From a virus (Duplodnaviria; Caudoviricetes), in the IMG/VR virus record IMGVR_UViG_3300012682_000003, positions 1-44,440 of that record: a stretch of DNA of 44,440 nucleotides; one strand, written 5' to 3'. Below, piece after piece: positions 26,924 through 35,770 of this stretch. The translations under genes were made by a program, and so were the position numbers. How positions within the stretch are numbered: position 1 is the stretch's first letter; the number at the start of each line of letters is the position of its first letter. The notes below the pieces were generated by a model. The model was not told the origin of the DNA. It saw nothing but the letters and a program-made list of their open reading frames with translations, and searched no databases.

Positions 26924-27280
26924 ATGCTAAGTTCCACGAAGGTAATTAAGAACCTGCTCACGTATGCAACGTTTCCAAACGATGAGTTGCAACACGCAGC
27001 AGAGGGTTTGGTTGCACAGTTGCAGGAAGATTTGAATTCAGTTGGATTTGAACCAAGTGGACCGTTTGAAAAGCTTATGTTCGCGGCCGAAAGTTTGATG
27101 AGTGAGGTCGATGCGGAAGATGATTCTTCAGTTGATGCGCTTGACGAAAATGATGATGAAGATGAAGATGACGACGACGACGATGATGAAGATGATGAAG
27201 ATGATGAAGATGAAGATGAAGATGATGACGAGGATGAGGATGAGGATGAGGATGATGCGCCAGCACAGGTAAACAAGTAA
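26924..27280 (+). CDS. Protein with a long Asp/Glu tract
   Basis: About 35 consecutive D/E residues encoded by mixed GAY/GAR codons. Confidence 0.75.
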   Translation: MLSSTKVIKNLLTYATFPNDELQHAAEGLVAQLQEDLNSVGFEPSGPFEKLMFAAESLMSEVDAEDDSSVDALDENDDEDEDDDDDDDEDDEDDEDEDEDDDEDEDEDEDDAPAQVNK

Positions 27281-27302
27281 GAGGAAATTAAAAGGAGTGA
27301 AT

Positions 27303-27758
27303 ATGAATAACATTGCAACGTTCAATAGTATTAACTTTCATGTAGCCACGCCGGACGGCGCGATGTTTGTTAATGTGATGGAAGATAAGGAAGGAAAACC
27401 GTTTAAGATTATTACTTCCATTGGTAAGTGTGGCACAGCAGTTGCAGCGTGGGCGCAAGCTTTTGATTTGGTTGCGTCTGAGACACTTGAAAATGGTGGG
27501 AGTGTAAATAAGCTAATTGAAATCCTGTCCGGTATTACATCTGCGGGTATCCGAATTCTTCCGGCCGGTGAAACAGTGCGCTCCGGTCCAGAAGGCGTTT
27601 GTCTTGCACTAATGCGTTATCGTCAATCGAAGTTTCAAGAGTTGAAGAACACTCTTGGTTTAATGTCTGATTTCAGTCGCAACAACGATAACGAAGATGA
27701 CGATGACGATGAGGATGAATATGATTTGGAGAATAGACCAGCAAGAGCGTTTCGGTAA
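27303..27758 (+). CDS. Stand-alone TSCPD/NrdJb-like domain protein (C-terminal domain of class II ribonucleotide reductase) with acidic tail
   Basis: TPDG.MFVNV..D..GKPF.I....GKCG......A......S..L..G.....LI..LSGI...RSGPEGV..AL; AAGGAG RBS. Confidence 0.75.
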   Translation: MNNIATFNSINFHVATPDGAMFVNVMEDKEGKPFKIITSIGKCGTAVAAWAQAFDLVASETLENGGSVNKLIEILSGITSAGIRILPAGETVRSGPEGVCLALMRYRQSKFQELKNTLGLMSDFSRNNDNEDDDDDEDEYDLENRPARAFR

Positions 27759-27960
27759 TACACTTCTAACCGTTCTCTTTATCAATGTAGATAAGTTTGG
27801 TAAAGAGATCGGTGAAGAAGTTCGTGGTTCTATTATGTGTCGCTCACCAGAGGAGATTGAATTTTGGAACGCTCTACTCCACCAAAAGGATTTGACGCAA
27901 ACGGAATTTCAATCGGCACAGCAAATAATGCGGAAGTTGACGACCAAGAAGGATTGGTAG
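27721..27960 (+). CDS. Hypothetical protein
   Basis: GAGG RBS, ATG at 27721 (MIWRIDQQ). Confidence 0.5.
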   Translation: MIWRIDQQERFGNTLLTVLFINVDKFGKEIGEEVRGSIMCRSPEEIEFWNALLHQKDLTQTEFQSAQQIMRKLTTKKDW

Positions 27961-28325
27961 ACTCAATTGATTCGCATGATACGATGGTCGAAGAACGCAT
28001 CATATTAATGGCTACTGTTGATGCAAAAGTTCCTAGTCCCGAATGTCGTGCCGCTTTTATCTTTGATCATTTACAAGCAACACTTGTGGGCGCAACGAAT
28101 TGGGATTTGTTTTGTTTCTCTGTTGAATATCTTGGCCGACAGATCGCAACGTTTCCAATGATAGAACGTCTTGTCAAGAGTCTAGTAATGTTTCTGTACA
28201 CCGCACATTATTACGATGCCGGTACTGATTTCTTGAAGGATGATGCGACAGCAGTAACAAAGGAGTTTCATAAATCATGGCTAGCACAAGAGGCACAGTC
28301 ACAAGTAACAAAGGCAGTGGAATAA
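27864..28325 (+). CDS. Hypothetical protein (start uncertain, possibly 27984)
   Basis: ORF fills the operon. Confidence 0.55.
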   Translation: MERSTPPKGFDANGISIGTANNAEVDDQEGLVDSIDSHDTMVEERIILMATVDAKVPSPECRAAFIFDHLQATLVGATNWDLFCFSVEYLGRQIATFPMIERLVKSLVMFLYTAHYYDAGTDFLKDDATAVTKEFHKSWLAQEAQSQVTKAVE

Positions 28326-28564
28326 AACTCACACGCCAACTAATAAGTAAACGCGCATTAGGAAATGTAAGATGTATGCAGTACGACATTTGCCACATAC
28401 AACGTGCGAAGAAACATGGAATGTTAGCGACCCCGATTGATCGCATTGCGTTTGCATCTTACGTTATGCAAGTTCCGATTAGCAAGATTAACAAAGTAAC
28501 CTTTCGTTATAATAGGAGGGATCGAGTTGTTTACATATTCATCTGGACCAAGTGCGGCAGATAG
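28277..28564 (+). CDS. Hypothetical basic protein
   Basis: AAGGAG upstream; ORF fills the operon. Confidence 0.5.
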   Translation: MASTRGTVTSNKGSGIKLTRQLISKRALGNVRCMQYDICHIQRAKKHGMLATPIDRIAFASYVMQVPISKINKVTFRYNRRDRVVYIFIWTKCGR

Positions 28565-28571
28565 AATTGAA

Positions 28572-28877
28572 ATGAAATTGGCGTTACGTGATATACGTAC
28601 AGCGCGGGATCGAAAACGTAATGAAGTAAGAAATGCAAAGAAAGCAAGACGTTATCCCGAACGGATTATGTATGATGAAATTCGTTTGAGGAAAATCACG
28701 GAAGCGATTAGCACAATCGAGAAAATGTTTAAGCAGTTGTATGCAGATGAAGTAACTAAGTTACCACATGGTCGTAAGCGTACAGGTACACAAAATAAAG
28801 TGAGAGGCAAGAGTGGGATACACAGAGAGTCCAGAAATATTGGGGCGAGTTTTGATTTATTTGGAGGCAATGGTTGA
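28572..28877 (+). CDS. Hypothetical Arg/Lys-rich protein
   Basis: Likely start MKLALRD. Confidence 0.45.
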   Translation: MKLALRDIRTARDRKRNEVRNAKKARRYPERIMYDEIRLRKITEAISTIEKMFKQLYADEVTKLPHGRKRTGTQNKVRGKSGIHRESRNIGASFDLFGGNG

Positions 28878-29340
28878 AAGTAGAACAGATATTACTTGGG
28901 CAACAGACGACCCAAGAACATTTGCGTATCGTATTCGTGAGGCGCTAAACTTTGCCGTTAAGAATAACATTGAGAAGTACGCCGCGCTAAAAGGTAAATT
29001 CAAAATCTTAGAGCGTCCCGGTGAAGTAACGGCGAAGCTACGATTTCAGCTTCCAATAGATATTCTAAAACAATCACATAGTCGTATTGTAATCCCGGAT
29101 TTAACTACTCCGCTTGAAATCATTGGTGCCACGATTGAGCATCAAGGACACATTGAGATTCACTTTCCCGATTCGCGCTTTTCCGATGTAGAGCTTACGA
29201 AGATTTATAATTGGTCTACGCGGAATGATTTCAAAATGATTTATAGTTCTATGAATGGCCTAACGTTCACGAAGAAAGCGATAAGTGAGGAAATGGTATG
29301 GCATCCGAAGGCGCTACATACGCCAAACGTGTCGAGCTAG
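28813..29340 (+). CDS. Hypothetical protein
   Basis: GAGG before GTG 28813; alternative GGAGG-ATG at 28870. Confidence 0.65.
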   Translation: MGYTESPEILGRVLIYLEAMVESRTDITWATDDPRTFAYRIREALNFAVKNNIEKYAALKGKFKILERPGEVTAKLRFQLPIDILKQSHSRIVIPDLTTPLEIIGATIEHQGHIEIHFPDSRFSDVELTKIYNWSTRNDFKMIYSSMNGLTFTKKAISEEMVWHPKALHTPNVSS

Positions 29341-29507
29341 ATAGCCGTTTGGTCGATTGGTATTATGCAACATATCCTGATGGGTCATTGTCTTGGATTC
29401 TAAATCTATTGATGAATGAATTTATGGAAGTAAGCAAGACAAAAACTCCCGCTTATTACGCAGCGTTAGGTGCCGCCGCTTTGACTGAGCAACTTAACTC
29501 GGATTAA
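29298..29507 (+). CDS. Small putative ribbon-helix-helix-like DNA-binding protein
   Basis: KRVELDSRL (strand + helix) ... SLSWILNLLMNEF (helix). Confidence 0.4.
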   Translation: MASEGATYAKRVELDSRLVDWYYATYPDGSLSWILNLLMNEFMEVSKTKTPAYYAALGAAALTEQLNSD

Positions 29508-29510
29508 GAA

Positions 29511-30470
29511 ATGGAATTAGAGCCAGTAATAAAGCAGGAGTTCATGAAAGAATTCCCGCGTTGCGAACCATTGATTAAAGATCACACCGCAATTCATGCG
29601 GCCAAGACTTGCTTTCGTAAATACTTCTATCAGATTGTGATTGGTCGAGTACCAAACAACGAAGCTATTTACTTTGCGTTTGGTTCCTCTTACCACAAGT
29701 TTCGTGAAGTTTTAGAGTTTGAGTATCTAGAGAAAACGAAAGGGATGGACAGTAAACAGAAGCGTGAGGCATTAAATGAAATAGGAGAGGCCGCCCTACT
29801 CATAGCCACGAATGCAGCAACTGCTACGTGGAAGCGTAAGACAAAAGGTAAAGACCCGGACGTGACTGATAAGTTTGGATTCATGACGGGATTGCGTCTT
29901 GTACAATCATGTATGACAGCTTATAAGTTTTGGCTTAACGAAAAGAAACTAGGTAAGATCGAAGTTCTTTCTGTTGAGCAGCCGTTTAACGTAATGTTTC
30001 CGGACGGCAGTTCTACTTCCGGTCGAGCAGATCAGATTGTACGTTGGAACGGACAGTTATGGGGCCGCGATTTCAAGACTACTTCTAAGGAAGGTAATTA
30101 TTATTCACGCGGTCTTGAACCAAACGATCAGTTCACACGTTACACATACGCCGAGTCGAAACTTTCGGGACAACGTGTGGAAGGCCAGATCATTGAGGTT
30201 CTCTACAACAGTAAGACAAAAGGCCCCATTATCAACACTTATCTATCAAGTAGGACAGAGAGTCAGATAAATAATTGGGTGAAAGAACAGATGCACTTCC
30301 TTAAGTTGTTAGAACTAAACAGGAAGGAAGATGTGTGGCCGATGGAAGAAGTTAACTGTCCATTCTGCCCGTATCACCAAGTGTGTAAGAAAGCAAACGA
30401 AGCCGCGATGATTAATGAATTGAAAGCGAATTACATTTATCGTCCGTGGGACAATACTAAGATAGATTAA
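29511..30470 (+). CDS. PD-(D/E)XK exonuclease, Cas4/RecB-like
   Basis: TCFRKY, FGSSYH, VEQPF, GRADQI, DFKTT, QFTRY and C-terminal CPFCPYHQVC (Fe-S staple pattern). Confidence 0.88.
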   Translation: MELEPVIKQEFMKEFPRCEPLIKDHTAIHAAKTCFRKYFYQIVIGRVPNNEAIYFAFGSSYHKFREVLEFEYLEKTKGMDSKQKREALNEIGEAALLIATNAATATWKRKTKGKDPDVTDKFGFMTGLRLVQSCMTAYKFWLNEKKLGKIEVLSVEQPFNVMFPDGSSTSGRADQIVRWNGQLWGRDFKTTSKEGNYYSRGLEPNDQFTRYTYAESKLSGQRVEGQIIEVLYNSKTKGPIINTYLSSRTESQINNWVKEQMHFLKLLELNRKEDVWPMEEVNCPFCPYHQVCKKANEAAMINELKANYIYRPWDNTKID

Positions 30471-30496
30471 CTTTCTTTTTAAGTTGAGAAGATGAA

Positions 30497-30763
30497 ATGC
30501 AAACGTATGCATCACTAACGAAAGAGTTGGGGGAGTTAGGGTTTCTTCCTGAAAGCTCATCTAATAATACGCTTTATAAGCGTGGTGATAGAAAGGTAAT
30601 GATTATAATTCCAGAAGGTGGTGGGCGAATGACCTTATGGGAGTATGATTTTGCTGATGTATTCGGTCACACATATCTTGAAGTTGCGCTCGATCAAGAC
30701 CTAAAGAAATACTTCGGTGTACTGAATGTGAACACACAGAATGACGGTTCTCCTGACGAGTGA
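30497..30763 (+). CDS. Hypothetical protein
   Basis: 88-aa ORF in the operon. Confidence 0.6.
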   Translation: MQTYASLTKELGELGFLPESSSNNTLYKRGDRKVMIIIPEGGGRMTLWEYDFADVFGHTYLEVALDQDLKKYFGVLNVNTQNDGSPDE

Positions 30764-30772
30764 GAAAAGAAG

Positions 30773-31654
30773 ATGAATAACTTTGAGATTAAAAACTTAA
30801 GTGACTTACAACCCGCCGAATCCCTCACCATTCTATTGTATGGTCAATTCGGTTCGGGTAAGACACAATTTATAGGAAGCGCCGGCTCGCGCACACTGAT
30901 TATTAATATCGGTTCCGGCATTGACACACTACACGGCAAAACTTTTAAAGACAAAAATCCAAACGTCGATCCTCTTATTATCACAATCAACGAGACATTA
31001 GACGAGAACGGACAATTTGATACAGCGGAAGCATTTGACGCAGTAACAGACGCAATTGATTTCGCATTAAAGAATCATCATGATAAATTCGACACAATCG
31101 CGATAGATGATATTACAGCCCTGCGGGGTTTCGCCATGAACAAAGGACTGGAGCTTAATCAAAAGACAAAGAAATCACAAACGAACGCACAGCGGAAAGA
31201 TTATGGTGCCACGCTTCCGGCTGTACAAGACTATGGTACCGAAATGAGTTTGATTGAATGGTTCATTAAGACTTACACGAACCTATGTAAGCGCGAGAAG
31301 AAACATTTAATCATGACCGCACATGAAAGGCAACAGTTTAAGAAGGCGGATAAGATTGGCGAACAGCCGTCACTATTTAAAATCCGCCCCGGTTTTACCG
31401 GACAAACTTTCCCTGACGATATGTGCGCGCATTTCGATTTCGTATGGCACGCAGAAATTGCAGGTGGTGGTGGACAAATTGTATATCGTGTGCGTACAGT
31501 TGGTGATGAAGTTATCAGTGCGCGTACACGGTATGGCGGTATCTTTGATCTACTCGAAAAGGATTTGAGTTTCTCGAAGGTACTATCTAAAATTCAAACC
31601 TACACCCTATCTCAGAAACCAGTTCCGAAAATCGTAGCAGCTGTTGTAAAGTAA
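30773..31654 (+). CDS. Sak4-like AAA_24 ATPase (single-strand annealing recombinase)
   Basis: LLYGQFGSGKT, TIAIDDIT, QDYG, LIMTAHE, FDFV and ARTR; flanked by exonuclease and SSB. Confidence 0.85.
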   Translation: MNNFEIKNLSDLQPAESLTILLYGQFGSGKTQFIGSAGSRTLIINIGSGIDTLHGKTFKDKNPNVDPLIITINETLDENGQFDTAEAFDAVTDAIDFALKNHHDKFDTIAIDDITALRGFAMNKGLELNQKTKKSQTNAQRKDYGATLPAVQDYGTEMSLIEWFIKTYTNLCKREKKHLIMTAHERQQFKKADKIGEQPSLFKIRPGFTGQTFPDDMCAHFDFVWHAEIAGGGGQIVYRVRTVGDEVISARTRYGGIFDLLEKDLSFSKVLSKIQTYTLSQKPVPKIVAAVVK

Positions 31655-31708
31655 CCGTAGGAAAATATGCAGCTAAGAACAATCCATTTTCATAGAGAGA
31701 ACCGAACC

Positions 31709-32173
31709 ATGCCACGTTTCGAACACGATCCCGCTAATGTAGTTGCAACACTTGAAGTTCTTCCGAAGGATACGTACGAGTTTATTATCGGACAGCCCAA
31801 GTCTTTCTTTCGGCAGAATGCAAAGGGCGGAGATTCATACGGTATCCGTTATCCGTTGGTTGTAGCAGAAGGACCGATGAAAGATAAGAAGGTTTTGTTC
31901 TCTACTTATTTCCAGAGTGAAGGCGCGCAGGCGGTAGGTAAGCAGTTTCTTATGGCCGGTTATGGTTTCGGCCGTACGTCTGGTGATGAGAAAGTTTTCA
32001 ATCAACAGTATGCAGGTTCGGATTTTGGATTCGATACTGATACCGCAAGCGTTGGCGAAATGTACGCAGAGCTTCGTGGTAAGCGTATCGTTGGTGATCT
32101 TGATGTTCGCCTGAATGAAACGAATGGTGAGCAGCAGCAGGATTTCAAGGGATGGAAGCCTTTCGGCAAGTAA
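31709..32173 (+). CDS. Single-stranded DNA-binding protein (DUF669-like)
   Basis: LPKDTYEFII...VVAEGP...LRGK pattern; follows the Sak4-like gene; likely start MPRFEHD. Confidence 0.7.
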   Translation: MPRFEHDPANVVATLEVLPKDTYEFIIGQPKSFFRQNAKGGDSYGIRYPLVVAEGPMKDKKVLFSTYFQSEGAQAVGKQFLMAGYGFGRTSGDEKVFNQQYAGSDFGFDTDTASVGEMYAELRGKRIVGDLDVRLNETNGEQQQDFKGWKPFGK

Positions 32174-32179
32174 CTGATT

Positions 32180-32262
32180 AAGGAATGTGAGAGGGAATTG
32201 TATATAACTAGGATTCCCTAAATATAATCCGAAAGTATACAATTCCCTTTCTCATTTTCCTT
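32180..32262 (+). terminator. Long intergenic stem-loop (terminator or RNA processing/stabilising site)
   Basis: GGGAATTGTATA (32193-32204) pairs with TATACAATTCCC (32236-32247); outer and inner stems extend it. Confidence 0.55.
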
Positions 32263-32286
32263 CCCCATCCCGCAACAAAAAGAAGC

Positions 32287-32814
32287 ATGAACATTCGAGA
32301 ATACAATAGACGGATTGCGATTTGGCGGATTCATTATAAGATTCCTGTCCCTCCATCCTTACCGCACACAAGTTTTGACCTTACCAAAGTTAACGCACGT
32401 CGTACTTGTGTGAAGTGTAAGAACAGTTATTCGTGGCACGTAGTATCCCGCCACCATATCGAAAACGATTTCCGTTTTGCATGTATGTTACCAGATGCAT
32501 TTGCGCCACGTTATATTCAATTCCTCGACGAAGATGTTGTTCTACTTTGTAACCGTTGCCACACAAAAGTGCATCGTTATTATGCAAAGTTGAATGACGA
32601 AATGCACGCAGATAAAGTTATGACGTTTGGATGGTATGAGAAACCAACAGTAGAGTTTTGTTTAGACTGGAAAGCGAAGTATCGTAAAGCGTTTGAGCGT
32701 TGGATTAAGCAACCGCCCAGACCACGCAAACGTAAACCACGTATTTCAGTTAAGAAAGTCGTTGCTAAATCAGCAACTGACAAGCCAGCTAAAATTAAAA
32801 AGAAAGGTAAATGA
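32287..32814 (+). CDS. HNH endonuclease-like protein with basic C-terminal tail
   Basis: CVKC...SRHHI...LLCNRCHTKVH. Confidence 0.75.
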   Translation: MNIREYNRRIAIWRIHYKIPVPPSLPHTSFDLTKVNARRTCVKCKNSYSWHVVSRHHIENDFRFACMLPDAFAPRYIQFLDEDVVLLCNRCHTKVHRYYAKLNDEMHADKVMTFGWYEKPTVEFCLDWKAKYRKAFERWIKQPPRPRKRKPRISVKKVVAKSATDKPAKIKKKGK

Positions 32815-33053
32815 TTATGATTAACGAAGAACTTGAAACCGAAGAAATTCGTAATGCACTAGAGAATCCCGATACGGGTCCGAGTCGCAAGGTTCGTGAT
32901 TATCTTTTGCTTTCCCGGTTGACGCATACCAGCCTCACCACGATTGTTGCTATGGCAAAAGAAGCCACGAAGGATGTAAACCGTGTGTTCGACGAAACGT
33001 ATTCGCCACGCCCACGGCCAGTAACTAACGAAGAAAAGAAAGATGAAGAATGA
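32811..33053 (+). CDS. Hypothetical protein
   Basis: Coupled ORF. Confidence 0.6.
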   Translation: MIMINEELETEEIRNALENPDTGPSRKVRDYLLLSRLTHTSLTTIVAMAKEATKDVNRVFDETYSPRPRPVTNEEKKDEE

Positions 33054-33360
33054 AATAAATGCTGAGACTCCCCACTACATTGTTGTATTTTCTAGTGGTG
33101 AGTTTCAACTTCGCATCGATGAACATGAATTGTATAGACTGCTCGATCTTATGTCTACTAAAGAACCAAAGCCATTAATAAAAGTTATCGACATATTCGA
33201 AACTTCAAATTGGATTCCGCATAATAAGATCGAAGCCATACTTGAAATCAACCCGGCATTACGAGAAGCCGCAGTAAGATTGAACACACAAATTAGTATG
33301 GCAATTGACACTACTGATACAGAAGTTCGTAAGCTTGAATCCAAAAAAGAGTGGGAATGA
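33043..33360 (+). CDS. Hypothetical protein
   Basis: Coupled ORF. Confidence 0.6.
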   Translation: MKNEINAETPHYIVVFSSGEFQLRIDEHELYRLLDLMSTKEPKPLIKVIDIFETSNWIPHNKIEAILEINPALREAAVRLNTQISMAIDTTDTEVRKLESKKEWE

Positions 33361-33361
33361 A

Positions 33362-33796
33362 ATGCTCCAGTTCTTAGGAAGGAAAGTTGCTATCACACCG
33401 ATCTTCGATCCCGATAAGATTGGAAGTCTTTACGTTCCCGATATTGCAAAGCAGCGTGTGGATCAAGGAATCGTAAAGTATATCGGGCCGGACGTAGTTG
33501 ATATCAAGCCACTAGATTATGTTATCTTCTCCGGCTATTCAGGTACGCAACTAAAGGTAGACGGCGAAGGTATGTTAATCGTATTGAACGAGGACTTTAT
33601 CGTTGCGCGAATTGACGACATACCTTTTACTACTGTTGATGGTTTGTACTTTCGTGATAGGGACCGTGGCTATTTTGGTGCTACTTATGAAGAAGCTATT
33701 AACGTTATATCGGCAGGTATCACGGCTGCTGATTGGCACAATCGCTTTAATGTTAAGGTTCCGAATCCAATTTTTGAAGGCACGAATAAGGAGTAA
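33362..33796 (+). CDS. GroES/Cpn10-like co-chaperonin with C-terminal extension
   Basis: LGRKVAI, GSLYVPDIAK, QGIVKYIGP, DYVIFSGYSGTQLKVDGE..LIVLNEDFIVA; start ATG 33362. Confidence 0.88.
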   Translation: MLQFLGRKVAITPIFDPDKIGSLYVPDIAKQRVDQGIVKYIGPDVVDIKPLDYVIFSGYSGTQLKVDGEGMLIVLNEDFIVARIDDIPFTTVDGLYFRDRDRGYFGATYEEAINVISAGITAADWHNRFNVKVPNPIFEGTNKE

Positions 33797-34029
33797 TGGG
33801 GATGGGAGAATATCATGATGATAATGTTAGAGGTATCTTTAGACACAAGCTACCGATAATCCCGGTTCCTGTTGACGCAATGTGTGATTACTGTGGCCGA
33901 TCACGAGAAGAATTTACAAAGCTACGAATGGTGGTGTTACAGTTACGCAAGACGCAAGTTATAATTTGTGTGATGTGTTCGCCATATCTCGCTGATGTAT
34001 TAAAGAAACTTGAACCCTCACATTTGTAA
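33796..34029 (+). CDS. Small C4 zinc-finger protein (ClpX-N-like)
   Basis: CDYCGRS...ICVMC; AAGGAG RBS. Confidence 0.6.
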   Translation: MGMGEYHDDNVRGIFRHKLPIIPVPVDAMCDYCGRSREEFTKLRMVVLQLRKTQVIICVMCSPYLADVLKKLEPSHL

Positions 34030-35767
34030 CGTGACGATATCAAATAGATATGTACCTGATTCCGGGCCAGAAGATTCACCAATCTTATTTGTAGGTGAAG
34101 CGCCCGGTGAGAATGAAGATGAACAGCTAATACCATTTGTCGGCGCGTCGGGTGATAAGTTAATTTCCTGTCTCGGCCGGAATGGTTTAGCGCGAGAAGA
34201 TGTAAGACTCGCAAACTTGTGTCACTATCGTCCGTTCGGGAATAAGTTTGAAACCTTACTTACTTCTACTCAACTGAAGAACGGTATTGATGAGTTACAT
34301 AAGTACATAGCAAGGACGAAACCGAATGTGATATGTGCAATGGGAGCTTATCCTCTCGAATATCTCACAGGTAAGAAAGGAATCACACGTTGGCGTGGCT
34401 CAATCTTACCGTATGTAAACGACGCGAGTATAAAAGTAATCCCGACTTTCCATCCAGCTTACATACTCCGCAGTCCTACTGACTTTCCAATATTTGATTT
34501 CGATATTCGTCGAGTAATTGAAGATAGCAAGTTTCGTGAGTTCAAACTTCCCGAACGTGAATATGTTATTCTTGAAGCTGGACTGGAGATGGAAGAATGG
34601 ACACAGAAATTAGAGAACGCAGAGATACTAAGTGTGGACATAGAGAGTGTGAAGAAGTCAACTCATATTCTTTGTGTGGGTTTTTCGGCAGACCCGAAGG
34701 TGGGTGTATGTTATCCGATGGGTACTACCCAAGCACAGCAATCTATTGCCCGCTTGTTATCGAGCCGAGCACGGAAGGTTTTTCAGTTTGGTACGTTCGA
34801 TACGATAATGCTAAGTCTGAATGGTTTCAACACGGAGAACTACAGTTTCGATACGCTTCTAGCGCAACACGTTATGAACCCGGAATTACCGCGTTCTCTA
34901 GGATTCTTAACCTCAATATACACTCGTCAGCCTTACTACAAGAGCGAAGGGCGTGGAAGTATTCCCGGGGATGTAAAATCGTGGAGTGCAAAGGCAAACC
35001 GCCGCGAATTGTACGAATACAATTGTAAGGATGTTTGTGTTACGTTAGAGATTGCATTAGAGCAAGAGAAGGAAATTAATAGTGATCCCGATTGGACTAG
35101 GTTATTCAAGTTTGAAATGGAACAAACTGAACTCGTAAAAGAAATGGCATTGGCTGGACTGCCAGTTGATTTAGAGCGTCGTGAGATTATTGAATTGCTA
35201 CTGTTGGAGAAGTGGCAGAAGAAACAATTCGCACTCGATCGTCTTACCGGATATGAAACTAATGTCAACAGTCCGAAGCTTAAAGATATCTTGTATGATA
35301 AGTTGAAGTTTCCTCCGCGACGTAATCGTGACGCAGGACTGACGACTGATGAAGATGCAATCGTTTCGCTTATTACATATTGCAAGTCTCATCTTGAAAC
35401 ATTGAAGCGTCCCGATGCAATTCTCGACTGGCAAGTTAAGTCTGCAATCCTTTCAACGATCCTAGAAATCCGTGGTATCCGTAAGCTACTGTCCACGTAC
35501 ATTAAGGCAAAGATATTTGAGCCGACAGGTAGGTTACATTCCACACCTAAGATTGGCGGAACAGAAACGGCGCGCTATAGTTTCTCGCAGTTTGTAGACA
35601 AGTCGGGATTGAACGCGCAAACTTTTCCGCGTGAAGTTCTTGAAGTCTCAGATGATTTCATCGCATACGCACAACAGCATAGAATTAATTTGAGCGAGTT
35701 GAGTAAAGCCGCAGAAATTGATGCGCTTAAGGAACAAAATCTTGATGAAGAAAATGAAGGGGAATGA
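34010..35767 (+). CDS. DNA polymerase A, N-terminal part: family-4 uracil-DNA-glycosylase-like domain + 3'-5' exonuclease + thumb
   Basis: UDG: VGEAPGENED, PFVGASG, TFHPAYILR. Exonuclease: VDIES, FD, DTLLAQH, YNCKD. Polymerase: NVNSPKL..LY, TTDEDA, R.IRKLLSTY, GRLH, TETARYS and NAQTFPR. Confidence 0.9.
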   Translation: MNPHICNVTISNRYVPDSGPEDSPILFVGEAPGENEDEQLIPFVGASGDKLISCLGRNGLAREDVRLANLCHYRPFGNKFETLLTSTQLKNGIDELHKYIARTKPNVICAMGAYPLEYLTGKKGITRWRGSILPYVNDASIKVIPTFHPAYILRSPTDFPIFDFDIRRVIEDSKFREFKLPEREYVILEAGLEMEEWTQKLENAEILSVDIESVKKSTHILCVGFSADPKVGVCYPMGTTQAQQSIARLLSSRARKVFQFGTFDTIMLSLNGFNTENYSFDTLLAQHVMNPELPRSLGFLTSIYTRQPYYKSEGRGSIPGDVKSWSAKANRRELYEYNCKDVCVTLEIALEQEKEINSDPDWTRLFKFEMEQTELVKEMALAGLPVDLERREIIELLLLEKWQKKQFALDRLTGYETNVNSPKLKDILYDKLKFPPRRNRDAGLTTDEDAIVSLITYCKSHLETLKRPDAILDWQVKSAILSTILEIRGIRKLLSTYIKAKIFEPTGRLHSTPKIGGTETARYSFSQFVDKSGLNAQTFPREVLEVSDDFIAYAQQHRINLSELSKAAEIDALKEQNLDEENEGE

Positions 35768-35770
35768 GAA

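Noticed and set aside
26899-27325. Minus-strand poly-Ser, poly-His and poly-Ile ORFs
   Set aside because: Shadow frames of the GAY/GAR acidic tract on the plus strand
29511-30470. CRISPR-associated Cas4
   Set aside because: Context (Sak4-like ATPase, SSB) indicates a phage recombination exonuclease; there is no array or other cas gene
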